NCBI GenBank assembly: GCA_013239625.1
Contig: PNXV01005434.1
Location: 248,001-308,011 of the forward strand
DNA: 60,011 nucleotides
Source: Lama guanicoe
Lineage: Eukaryota
Reading direction: 5' to 3'
A program made the position numbers and the translations under genes. The notes below the pieces were generated by a model, which was not told the DNA's origin, made no database searches, and saw nothing but the letters and a program-made list of their open reading frames with translations. Of this stretch, positions 13,109 through 25,604 are shown one piece after another. Each line of letters opens with the position of its first letter. Position 1 is the stretch's first letter.

Positions 13109-13489
13109 AAGCGATATTTTCAGGGAAGTAATGAAACAGAAGGGGAAAAAAATAAAGTGATATTTCTATTGGCTCTTTGGTCAGAGTCTAAAAGTGTCTT
13201 TTTAAGAGTACCAGTTTGGTCATGACAAGGGAAAGTGTTGAGTGGGTCATTAAATGTCTTCAGAATGCCCAGATCACTGACATGCCGTCCTCCACTTGTC
13301 ACACACATGCACTATGAATTGTCCACCTCCTCACCTCTGTGGAGGACTCATCTCATCATTAACCCAATTTCCTGTGAACAAAACATAGTGGAAAGTTGTG
13401 TAATTATCAAGAGAAATGAATAATTAAGAAAGTGTTATCTGCTGCTGGATACCAGCTTGTCTTGTTTTCAAATAGTATTTGAGATTTTC

Positions 13490-14865
13490 AGTTGAAACTT
13501 CAACATAACTCTCTCAACATTGATAGGCCCACTATATAGAAAACCTGCAAGACTATAGATAAACCCAATGACACTTCAATAGACAGAATCTAATCCCCAT
13601 TTATAAAACAATTTTCACAATACCAGGACATACATTCTTTTTCAAGTGTACATGGAACATACACCTGTAACAAGACCTATCCTGAGCCATAAAAGAAACC
13701 TAAACATTTCAAAAGAATTGAAAGCATATACTGTATATTTTCCAACTACAGCAGAATCAGACAATAAATCAAAAATAAATTTTTTAAAAAGGAAAGTCTA
13801 CAAACACTTGGAAACTAAGCAAGACACTTCTAAATAATCCATTAGTCAAAGAAAAAGTCTCAAGGGAAATTAAAAAATACACGGATTAAGTAAAAATAAA
13901 ATTCAATGCATCAAAATTTCTGGGAGCACATTAAAGCATTGTTGAAAGAATAATTTAGAGCCCTCAATACATACATGACAAAAGAGGAAAAATCTCCAAG
14001 CAATAACCTAATCTCCTACCTGAAGAATCTAGAAAAAGAAAGACACTATGACTCCAAAGCAAGGGGAAGAAAGAAAATGATAAAAATAAGAGTATAATCA
14101 ATGACACTGAAAACAGAAAAATGAAGAGGAAATCAATTAAGCATAGATCTTGTTATTTGAAAAGAGCATTAAAATTGGCAAACATCTAGAAATATTGACA
14201 AGGAAAAAAAGAGAAGAAACACATTGGCAATGCCAAGAATGAAAAGGGTATCATATTGGACTCTGAAAACATAAAAGGGTATAAAGGAATACTACAAACA
14301 ACCTTAAACAAATAAATTTGGCAACTTAGAAGAAATGAACCAATTCCTCCAAAAACAAAATATCACTACTTACTCAATATGAAAGACGTAATTTGAAAAG
14401 CCCTGTTACTAGTAAGCAAATTGAATTTTTACTTTTAAAAAGTATTCTCCATAGCCTGATATTTTCATTGGAGAATTCTACCAAACGTTTAAAGAAGAAT
14501 TAACACCAATCCTATGCAATGTCTGCAAGAAAAATAGGAGAGAATGGAACACTTCATAATTCTTTTTATAAAATTAGTGCTATTCTGATACCAAAACTAG
14601 AGAAAGACAGAACAGCAACAACAAAAATCTACAAAACAACATTTCTCATGAATATAGATTCAAAAATTCCTATAAAAATATAACAATAAAATTCAAAAAT
14701 ATATAAAAATTATATACCATTATTAAATCATTAGTCAAGTGGGTTTTATTCTCAGGGTACAAGGCTGCTTCAGTATTCAGTAATCAACTATATTAACAGG
14801 CTAAATAATAATCACCAGGCTATTATATCAATTGATAAGGAAAAAGGATTTGACAAAATTCAAAC
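13490..14865 (+). mobile_element. Degenerate L1 ORF2 fragment (endonuclease end to start of RT)
   Basis: A-rich coding-strand bias and recognisable L1 ORF2 segments (TTCACTGG-like GAATTCTACCAAACGTTTAAAGAAGAATTAACACCAATCC; TTTGACAAAATTCAA), with many stops. Boundaries approximate. Confidence 0.85.
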
Positions 14866-14869
14866 TATT

Positions 14870-15470
14870 CTTTTTTATCACTGTGGTGAAAAAGGCAACA
14901 AAAAATTATCATTTAAATAATTTTTAAATTTACAGTACAGTAGTATTAACTATATGTACATTGATGTATAGCAGATCCCTATAACTTTTATCTTGCAACA
15001 CCAACACTATATGTCCATTGAACCACTCCCTCTTTCTTCCTCCTCCCCATCCCTAGCAACCACCATTCTACATCCTGTTTCTAAGAGTTTGACTACTTAA
15101 AAAATTGTAAGTGTGGTAAATACACACAACATAAAATTTATCATATTAACCATTTTAAGAGTACATTTCAGTACAGTTGAGTATATTTACATTGTTGTAC
15201 AACAGAAATCTAGAACTCATTCATCTTACAAAGATGGAACTATACCCAGTGAACAATTCTCCATTCCCCCCTCCTCTCATTACCATGTACCAACATTCTA
15301 CTTTTTGTTTCTATGACTTTGACTATTTCAGATTTCTCATATAAATGGAATTATGCAATGTGTCTTTTTGTTACTGGTTTATTTCACAGAGCATAATTTC
15401 TTCAAGGTTCATCCACGTTGTGACATATTACAGGAAGTCTTTCTTTTTTTTAAAGCTGAATAACATTAGT
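14870..15470 (-). mobile_element. Two adjacent old L1M (MA/MB-type) 3' end fragments
   Basis: Antisense L1 3'UTR motifs (TAGCAACCACCATTCTAC; TTCAAGGTTCATCCACGTTG). Boundaries approximate. Confidence 0.7.
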
Positions 15471-15474
15471 AGAA

Positions 15475-15935
15475 TGATTTGCCAAAACATAGAAAGAACC
15501 CATATGTCCATCAGCTGCTGAATAAATGAACAAAATGAAGTATATCCATAAGATGGCTTATTAGTCAGTCATGAAAAGGAATGAAGTACTGGTACATGCT
15601 GCAACATATATGTATTTTGAAAACATTATGCTAAGGAAAAAACCCAGACACAAAGTGTATATATTATATAATTCCATTTATATGAAATCTCTAGAATAGG
15701 TAAATTCATAGAAATATAAAGCAAATTAGTGATTGCAGGGGGCTGAGGAATGGGGCAATCACAAACGACTGTTTAATGTTTAGGGGATTTCTTTTTGAGG
15801 TAGTGGAAAGGTTCTGGAATTATATAGGAATAATGTTTGCACTGCATTGTGAATGTACAAAAAGCTACTCAATTGTGCATTTTTAAATGGTTAAAATGGT
15901 TAATTTTATGTCACGTGAATTTAACTTCAATTTTT
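15475..15935 (+). mobile_element. L1MB-type 3' end; paralogous to the copy at about 6640-7010
   Basis: ATTCCATTTATATGAAATCTCTAGAATAGGTAAATTCATAGA...ATTGTGAATGTAC. The same element and downstream junction occur in the duplicated unit upstream of copy B. Confidence 0.75.
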
Positions 15936-16889
15936 TTAAAAAGACAATGATGTTCAAAAATTAGGCTAAAATATTCTTTACATGCATATTTATTGTTTCA
16001 TTCCCTTTAAAATAAACTTCACATAAAAACAGGAAAATGGTGAACAAATTGTTAAATACATATGATGAACTTTTATTCAATCACAATAATACTGAATAAT
16101 CCTTGTTAGAATGAGCTGATTATATAAAGTTAATTGAAAATAGCCAAGTTTATGTTAATATGATTAAGGGTTTTGTCAAAACATATATATAGATATAGAT
16201 ATATGAAATGTATCATAAGTTACTTCTATATTATACAATTTAAGAATGCTATCTCTATACAAACTTGTTTTTTAAATTAGTCGAAATAGGCATAGCTTTT
16301 ATTATTTGAAGGAATATAAAGTTAGAACCATTATTGTGTTTTATTATTGTTAGTCTCACCATCATCATTATTATATCAAGCTTTAGGCATCTAATTATCC
16401 TTAACTTACTGTGCATGCATAACAAACTTGAACTTTTGCTGTCTTTCTAAAATGCCATAATATTAATTATCCACTTCAGCTGAAAGTAAACTTTTCGAAA
16501 CCCAGGACCCATGTTACCTGATTTTGCATAGTTCCCAGCATGATTTGGGGAGTAGTAAGTCTTCAGTGACGTTATTTAGAATGATGAAAAATAAACAAAT
16601 GAAAGAAGAAAATATATGGATGTGTGAATGAGTGAAACACTCTACTTAAGTGTTTTCAATTTGTGTCCCACAAGGCCTTTCTTAGAAACAATACTCTGCA
16701 AAGTCATTCTTTCTCATTTAAAAAGTTTGTATTTATTCTCATCCCTCTTCCATTTATGCATGCTCTCTCACACACAAACATATAGATGCACACATATGGA
16801 ATTATTCACTTATTTATGTGGCATCATATAGGTAGTAAGAACAGAAAGCTTCCACTGGTTTTCACCTTCCAGAGGGGTGAGCTTAATTC

Positions 16890-17122
16890 CCACAAGAGCA
16901 TCTGTGTATCTAATATTCTGAAACATCCCCTTGAGATATATAACACATATTTGTGTCTTTAAATGTTCAATTCCATAGTACAGATCACAAAGGATTAAGA
17001 AGTTGAGGACTGTGCATGTACATGTATTGTAGAATTGTGATTTTTTTTGACCAAAATCCTGAACACTTGGAGCGGATTGCATTCAGCTTACTGTTTTCCT
17101 CACCAGAAACCCAGGTATTAAA
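16890..17122 (+). promoter_or_regulatory. Candidate promoter / first exon of OR52N4 copy C
   Basis: CTAATA (16910), CCCCTTGAGA (16927-16936), AG|GTATTA (17115); paralogous to 7950-8175. Confidence 0.45.
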
Positions 17123-19599
17123 GGACATACAAAGTGGAGTACACACAGGAATTGTTTTTATTCTGTAAGCAGTAAAAACTGTGGAGAATTTTGGATGTAT
17201 ATGCAGAGTATTAGATTCTCACAACTTGAGGTTTGACTCCACCTACCCATTGGAAGGCAGAAATGTAAAAAATTTAGTTTTCCTAAAAATGTGTATTTCA
17301 CCACTTCTCAGATTGTAGTTCAGTGTAACTTTCCATTATGACTATGAATATCTAGTTATTTTCCTAAGCAAGTAGAAATCTTTGGTTCTGTTGGAGTAGA
17401 AGTCACCCCCATGACAAGAAGAAATGGGGGCCAGCCAGCTGGAGAACAGTTCTTCATCCTGGTCACAGTACTCTTGTTTCTTACCTGTCCTCCCGTTCTT
17501 CTCAGAATGAGAATCTAATTTACTTGCTTCAGCTCTAGAGGTACCTATTTGTGACTGTATTTCATTTTAGAGAGCAACACCTACTCGGAAAAACCCATTG
17601 TCATGTTGAGAATAAGAGTTATAAAGTTGAGGACAGCATAGTAAGGAAGCAAACTTCGTATTTGTGGAGCTTGGGAATGAGAATAGATGGCAGACTATTT
17701 AAAATTGTAATTGATATGTGATGATATTCGTGTATTGATGTTACCATTTATCAATTCATGTATATTGATATACCTGCCCACTCACAGCATAAAATGAATC
17801 AATTTTTTTTTTGCAGAAAATTTAAGTATCAAAATTAATTTAAATATAATTTGGAAAAAGTCTAATTTAATTTGTGGTTAATACTTTATTATTTAGTGCA
17901 AGCTTGAATCTTTAAGAGTTTTGCAAATTTATTGAAAATAGAACCTTAACTTCTCATGTAACAATAAAGCCAGTTTCATTAATCGAGACTAGAATTATAA
18001 AACGGAAACACAAAGGACATAAACGGGATATTTATCTCATATTTAAGAATTACATTCTCAAGAATAGAGCACAAGTAATTTCAGAGTATTTCTTATTCTC
18101 AATTTATGGGCATCTATGCTTTTCCTTTTTTCTCTATTTGCTTCTATTGCCTGGATACATAGAACTGAGTTGATTGTTTAAATGTATTGAGAGGGATAAA
18201 TGAGTAATGATCTTATTTTTCAACAACTTGTGACAATTTGATATATACTGGCCAAATATTTATTGAAAATAATTTCAAAGTCTAATTTTTCCACAGTAAC
18301 ATATATATATGGTGTATGCATGTTTTTATACATGTATATGCATATGTACATATATATGTGAATTGTTAAAGTTTTGTTGCTTTTAATAATGTCTGTAAAA
18401 ATAATTTCAACTTGTTATCCTTTAGTGCAAATACACAGAGATAAAAACAGATATGCAGGTAGAAAATTGAATAAGAATCAGTTTGCTTTCTCTAATTTAT
18501 CCACTATTCTAAGCAATATGATTTGTCCTTGTATGATGACCAGAATTTTATAGTTGGAAGAAACTTTAGCAAGTCCTATGAATGTGTATATATCAAGTGT
18601 AACCAAGGCCATGGATAAAGTATTGTTAAATATGTAAGGGTTGAATCAAATACTCATATTTAAGTGTGAGAGCCCCACATTTCTCACCTCCAAGAACACT
18701 AGCAATCAGCCATAATTTCCTCTGGTTTGTAAACTGGTAGATCCTTTTCTGGAAAAATTGGAAGTCCCCCAGAAAACACATATAAAACTGATAACTAAGG
18801 ACATCTACAGTGAAACAAAGAGGCTACTCCAAGAGCCCTCAAAGTAAATGCTATCAGTAGTCAATGAGACTCGCTAATCACCAGCAGATTCAAGTTTCCT
18901 TTCTAAAGACTCTTTATTAATTGTGAATTAATAGACAAAAGTTACCAGATGGTTGACAGACATTTCCAAAATAAAAGATAAAAAGTAAAGCAAGCTATAA
19001 AAATAAATTGTTAAAATTTAGAAGTTAAGAAAATAATATTCAGGAAACAAAATATTATGTATATAAATGCATTTATAAATGTATAGTATATTCACAATAA
19101 ATGAGAGAAAATAAAATCTTCAAAATTTATAATACTAGAAAACAAAAAATACTAGATATTTGAAAGATATAATTGAAGAACTTTTCTAGAAAGAGGATCA
19201 GTTAAATAGATGCAACTTAAAAAAGAAGGTTTTTTCCTGCTTCTTAATAAATTAAAGTATATTATTTATTTTCTTTGGGTCTTAAAATTAAAAATACTTT
19301 TTGAGTCTCAAATATGTTTTAAGTTGATTTACCCATCATTTAGTTGACAAATACCTAACAAAACTGCACTCTTTGATTACTAAATACCATGATTTGAAAA
19401 TATTCTCGAGTTTGTAGCTCTGTAGTTAAACTCAGAAAATACTGCCGTAGGTGATTTGCCCCTGTTTTTCTTAGTACATTAAGATCATCAATATAGCTAT
19501 TTTTGAAGGTTTTTTAAACTCTCAAAGGAAATACTACTTCTCCCTCAAGTTTTGCTATAAGATTTTAGGATCACTTCAGCATTCTTTGCTTGAAAAAAT

Positions 19600-20300
19600 T
19601 TTTAAGGGGCAAAAAAAGAGAATACATTCGGAAGAACCAATATCTGAGTAAAAGGAGTTGTAGAAAAATAACAAGAAAAACCTTAGAAAGAAATTATCAA
19701 AAGTTGATTTTAAAATGTCCCAAAAGCAAAGATTATAGATTTCCAGTCTCAAAAAGCTTACTGTATTCACAATGACATACACAGGCACACATACACATTT
19801 AGTATGACCATTAAATTGCAAAGCAGAAAAATTCTTAAATATTCTTAAATAGTTCAGAGCCAAAAAACATACAACGAAGAAGTGCAAAGGGAAAATAGCT
19901 CATATACAAAGGATCAAGAATCAGAATGGTCCTCTTAATATCAACACTGGAATCTAGGAGATAATACAGAAATGCCTTAAAAGTTCTGAGGGAAAGTAAG
20001 AGTTAACCTAGAATTTTTGATCCTGCAAAATGATAAAAAGAATAAACCATATTCAGACATTGATACTCTCAAAAACATATTTTCCATGCAGTCAGAAATA
20101 TAGAAAGAAGAAATATTAGATCCACAAATAGTGTTGCAACACAAACGGTAGACAAAGAGGAATTTCTGGATGAGAATTATGTATCAAACCTAGAAAACAG
20201 TTGTGTTTCAGAGACTTCCCAGAAACTGACAGATGGTGTGGGAAGGACTAGCATTAATAGATTGTGTTTAACTGTCAAGAAATAACAGTAAAAATGTTTT
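19600..20300 (+). mobile_element. Ancient L1ME/HAL1 ORF1-like remnant
   Basis: GGATCAAGAATCAGAATGG...CAACACTGGAATCTAGGAG...AAATGCCTTAAAAGTTCTGAGGGAAA...AACCTAGAATT. Confidence 0.55.
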
Positions 20301-21355
20301 TCAACTCTAAAAATTAGTTAAAATTTTTTGACATATCTACATCAATACTAAGGAAATTATCATCAAAAGGAAAAATATTAAATGAGGAAGAAAATATAAT
20401 TGTCATATCATGTGACTTAGCAAGCAGTAAGATAACATAAATTAAACACTAATCAGTCATTCAGAAACAACTTTAAAGGGAAAAGGAAGAAAAAGCAAGC
20501 AGACAAATTAGTTAGAAATTCAAAGGTTAATCATTGTTAGTGGAGAGCTGAAATGTGGAAGGTGAACTTCAACAGTCAAAATGATGGAGCTGGATGTTTT
20601 TTGTTTGCATCATTATCCAATGGCACTATTTCTTTCTAACACACAGTTCTCTGTCAAAATTTAGAAAAAATAAATTACAAAGAAGTGGACAGAAAAGGCT
20701 CAGTTTTGGTATTGAATGCACAGCAACCCAGGCATAAAGAAGCCTCCTCTACACAGTGCCTCCATTTACTCAATTATAAAGTGCAGGTTAATGAAAAATA
20801 CTTCTGGAGCTTGTAGTGAGGATTAATGAGTTAGTATTTGTAAAATTCATAGAACAGTATTTAGTATAGCAGAAATATGACCCATTAAAGGTAATAACAA
20901 CTATAAAATATCCTTATCTTGTTTGTTCATTGGAGAGGTGATCTATAAACTTTGTCTTAAGAAAACACTCAAAGGGAGATGTGTATAGCAATTAACATTT
21001 AAATAAAACATTCAAACAAAAATCTCATTAAGAAGATCACAATATAATTACCTTCTATTATAAAATTATGAGAGTTTAATGTATGTCATTTTGTTTCAAA
21101 ATGATGAGGAAACAACATACATTATAGAACTTGGGACATAGTAAGTGCTAAATATGAGTTTTTTGAATGAATTCATACATTAATGAACTAAGAAAAAATA
21201 CATACTCAGTTTTAACTATTTAAGTAAGTATCCTGTCAAATATGTTTGGTTATTTAATATTAAAGTGCCTATTTGACAGAGAGAGAGAAAAACAGAGAGT
21301 AGGAGAGAGAGCACAACTAAAATTTTTCTTTTTTTTTTTTTCTCTAGTCCTGGAG

Positions 21356-21987
21356 TGTTGGAGCCTGCCGACAATCGATCAGGTCCAGAAAACCTGTGCT
21401 GCAGGACTGAGAAAGAAAGACAAGACTAAAAGGTGGGGTTGAGAGGGTCTCACTTTAGCCCGCAAGACGCTAGGTCAAGAGTGGACCACGAGTTTATTTC
21501 CAGCAGTAAATTTATATGATTTTAACCCATTAGCTCATACATTCCTGCATGTAGGCAAAGGTATTGTTTTAGGGTACATTAACAACGTGTACTAAAATCA
21601 TTAACTTGTATATTGTTACAGACATCATTATTGTTTACAGTTCTCAATAAACTAAGATTAACTGTTCCTGAAACCAAGATCATAAACTAGGGTATTGTTC
21701 CTCTAAGCTAACATCGTGACTCGTGTACTATTATCTCAGGTGATTGTTCTTCAGGCTAAGATCACTAACTTGCGTGCCGATTGTATCTCTCCTTCCAAAG
21801 GTCCTTAGTGACTTAATAGCTCAGGATGTTCCTTCAGGCCTTAATGCACCTGGCACATTCCTCAAAGGGGTGGCGGGACAGAGATTGTCCTTGAGAGATC
21901 AACCTCAGAGCCTGACGCCCTGCACTGTGGGAGTTTAGGCCCAACCTCTGTGCTCGGCAGTCCTCAGGTCATGAGTGGCCCCCCACA
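21356..21987 (-). mobile_element. Solo LTR, ERV2/betaretrovirus-like, 632 bp, with 6-bp target-site duplication
   Basis: TG...CA termini. Perfect TSD CTGGAG at 21350-21355 and 21988-21993. The minus strand starts TGTGGGGGG and has a TATA-like ATATAAA followed by AATAAA near its 3' end. CpGs are retained. Confidence 0.85.
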
Positions 21988-22056
21988 CTGGAGAATCAGA
22001 AAACAAAAACACAAAAGTCCTGTAAGTTGCTCAATGATTATACCAGCCTGGTCATA

Positions 22057-22650
22057 ATGATGCTGAACCAAACAGAACTGACACCAGCTTCATTCATTCC
22101 TAATGGGATCCCAGGGCTGGAGGACATGCACATGTGGATTTCCCCCCCATTCTGCTCCATGTATGTTGTGGCTGTGGTAGGGAACTGTGGACTCCTCTAC
22201 CTCATTCGCTATGAGGATTCCTTGCACAGGTCCATGTACTACTTCTTGGCCATGCTTTCTCTCACTGACCTTGTCATGTGCTCTAGTACAATCCCTAAAG
22301 CTCTCTGCGTCTTTTGGTTCCATCTTAAGGAAATCAGCTTTGAAGAATGCCTGGTCCAGATGTTCTTCATCTATACCTTCACAGGCATGGAATCTGGAGT
22401 ACTCATGCTTATGGCCTTGGACCGCTATGTGGCTATCTGCTACCCTCTGCGCTACTCAACTATCCTCACCAATCTTGTCATTGCAAAGGCTGGGCTTGCC
22501 ACTTTCTTGAGAGGTGTGTTGCTTGTCATTCCCTTGACTTTCATTATCAAGCGACTACCTTATTGTAGAGGCAATATAATACACCATACCTACTGCGACC
22601 ACATGTCTGTAGCCAAGTTGTCCTGTGGAAATATCAAGATCAATGTTATC
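22057..22650 (+). pseudogene. OR52N4: OR52N4-like olfactory receptor, copy C, 3'-truncated pseudogene (TM1 to ECL2 only)
   Basis: MMLNQTELTPASF...MALDRYVAICYPLRY...HTYCDHMSVAKLSCGNIKINVI, then reads into LTR sequence and stops at 22704. TM5-TM7 are not found downstream. Confidence 0.88.
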
Positions 22651-22656
22651 AATGTT

Positions 22657-23144
22657 ATCAGCCTAAAAGTCGAGAGTTATGTTTTATTTGGTGGACATAT
22701 CTGAGGACTTGAACCCCTTCGAGCCTGGGATGACAGCCTCTCAGATGGCTCTGAGGGACTGCTCCAAAGAGGTAGGGGAGGAGCTAGGACATGTAAGAGC
22801 TTTACAACAAAGACCAGGTAGTTGGAACAATAAAAGATTACTTGTTGTCTAATTGTTGTCTAGGAAAACCGGGCATCTCAAGTTAAAGAATTTAGTGCTT
22901 TTCTATGTATGGGAGGAAGCAAACATTTGGGCTCATTGAATTCATTCCTTTGACAAGCACCCAGCTATCTAGGGCCAGTATCTTGTCTTTTATTATTCTG
23001 AGTCCTCTCAGAGTGCACCATTGTGAGCAGTTTCAGAGGCCGGGCTGCAGGCTTGTCTTCACTGGGGGGTGGCGGCAGCGCCTGAGGACTTGATGGTTTC
23101 AGCTTTCTTTGTTTACTGATAGGTTTGCAGTTTTTTCATTCACA
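22657..23144 (-). mobile_element. ERV1-type (MER41-like, artiodactyl) LTR, left end apparently clipped
   Basis: GC-richer block CCTAAAAGTCGAGAGTTATGTTTTATTTGGTGGAC...TTTCATTCACA resembles artiodactyl MER41-like LTRs (recall). AATAAA on the minus strand near 22683-22688. Clean terminus at 23144; no TSD visible. Confidence 0.7.
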
Positions 23145-25604
23145 CCATCAACTGGAATTACTTTTAGTAACTTCATCATTGCCTTCCACCTTAAATTGAA
23201 TAGGTTACTCTCCATTCTCATCCAGCATCACCTTTCAGAAATATTTAATATAATTCATTTATTCCTGCTCTCTTGAAATACATTTTTTTGACTGTAGAAG
23301 CATTAAAATTTCACGTTTTCCCCACTTTTCACAATCAACAGTGTAGTGGGCTGACATTGGGTATCTTTGACTTGTTCTTGATGTGAATAGGATCGGGTCT
23401 GACACTCCCTGTTGAATATGATACAAGGTGGGCTTTTCTGTTTATATCTTTTATTAAGTCAGTTTTTTTTTCCTTTTCCTTTTTTAAATTGTTTTTACTG
23501 TAATAGATATAGAACCGTATAAAAAAGACATATATAAAAAAGTGTGCTTCTCTGAATTGTGTATGTCTGTGTAAGTGCGTTAAGGGTAGGACTGAGCTGA
23601 ATGAGTGAACTCACCCTAAAAACTCTTCCTAGGGTTACGCAGAGAGAATCAGCTACTCGGCGGCCTATCAGAGAGCCAAGTTTATAGTCTTCCCTCGCTT
23701 TGAGTGACAGAGTTCAGACGACCCAGGCCAAGCACAACATGATGCAAGAATTCCAAGTCTATTTTCAGGTGGTTTATAATTCACTTTAATATTATTTGAT
23801 ATCTAGAGCTACCAAACCAATTATTTTTGGAGGCCCTTCCTTTTTCAAAATTGGACAACTCCTAGAGACACAAATTGAGAGGAAATCCCTCTGCAATTTC
23901 TGTATATACAAAACTTTAAAATATACATATAAGGAGAAAGAGATTTTATATTCTGCTTTTCCTTCAAAAAAAAAAGCAAAAAGCATTCTTTAAAAAGAAA
24001 ACTATTCTAAAACATAGACTTTAAGCACATTTATGCCTGTTTTAATAAAAGTAAGTTAGTTCTATGGAACTCAAATTAGAATGTTAGCTAAATGACAAGA
24101 TGTTAATACTTGTCCCTAACTACAACATCCTCCTGGGTTTGATTATGTCAGGCTGACATGGGTTTTAAAACTTTAGGGAACTGGCTTTTTTCCCACCACA
24201 GCAGGCCCCTGAGATTATCTTCACTGATCATGAGATCTTAGAATTCATCTGCAACAGCTGTAAGCTAGCTCTGAGTATACTGAAATTCAACTATACTCAA
24301 GACAAGTTGAGTACAGTACCTCCTACTTAAGACGAATTGAGTACAGTACACCCACAGTAAGTACATAATTGGGGCCAGAGCTAATCTTTTAATCTTCTGC
24401 AGAGATTTGGGGTTGCCTGGTAGAAGAGATGGACGGCATAATAATTTCCCAATGTCTCCACAGAAATCATGAAGTGCACTTTGTGTGAAATTAACCTAAA
24501 TATTGGAAAATGTACTGACTTTGATATGTCACAATATTAGAATTTTCCATAATTACTATGCTCTAATAATATATTAAAAGTAAAGTATATTAGTACCAGT
24601 ATTCTTTAGAATCATATTCATTGTTTTGTTAATTTTATTAGATACTTTGTATATTTATAATTCTCCACAAAATCTTCCAAGTCCTAGTTTCAGCTGGCTA
24701 TGTCAGAAGTCATCATTTTCCAGCCTCACTTAGTTTCTATAGATGTTTGTGCACGTATTTTTCTTAGCTTTCTGACTCCAAAGCAATCTCACGGTATCAG
24801 GCCTGAGTGGCTACTGTCCTGACTGAGGAAGCAGACATCTAGAACCTTATTCAAACTGACCAAATAAATATTAATTCTCCTCCTATCTTGCAAGGATTTT
24901 AACTAAGCATTTTAATAGAACTGAATTCGTAATCCAACCCCAGGAGCTAGAAACAAATCATCTTATTTTATAGAACAGAGAATCCTAGAGGCTAAGGTAG
25001 TTTTTCAAGTTCATGGGGCCACAGAGAGCTGTTTTCATCCAAAATATCTGAGTTTTTGCTGAACTCTAAGAATAACACATTCAAGTGTGTGGTTTCAATG
25101 GGAAACTTACAGTAATTGAGAAGATACATTTTCTTAAACACCCGATAATATGTAATAATATTTAGCACAAATCAGTGGATAAATAAACACAATCCTGAAA
25201 GAATACAGCACAGTTTTCTTCCAAGCAATTTCATGTTATAAAATGTCTGTCTTAAAGTTTTCTGATATTTCCATCTAGGTCATTACATTAGCTAACCTGT
25301 GAGTCTTATTTTTTTATTTCCTTACTAATCCATTAACTTTTGAATCTCCATTACATTGAACAGAAATTGAGATGGTGGTCACCCCTGTCTTGGTCATTAA
25401 ATAAGTAATTTTTGAATTTTATTTTATAATACGTATTACAAAAGTTTCCTTTTTGCCTGGTTTAAATTTATTTTTAACTATAAATAGATAAAATCAAATG
25501 CTTCTTTGATTTATCTTAACTATATTCTTTTTATTTTTAAAAATACTTTAATACACTCTATATTTTAGAGCAACTTAGAATCACAGCAAAATTGAACAGA
25601 AGGC

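Noticed and set aside
22651..22704. LTR-derived new C-terminus on OR52N4 copy C
   Set aside because: Only about 17 residues replace TM5-7, and the retained part already has damaging-looking changes (FIPNG, ISPPF), so it is a pseudogene.
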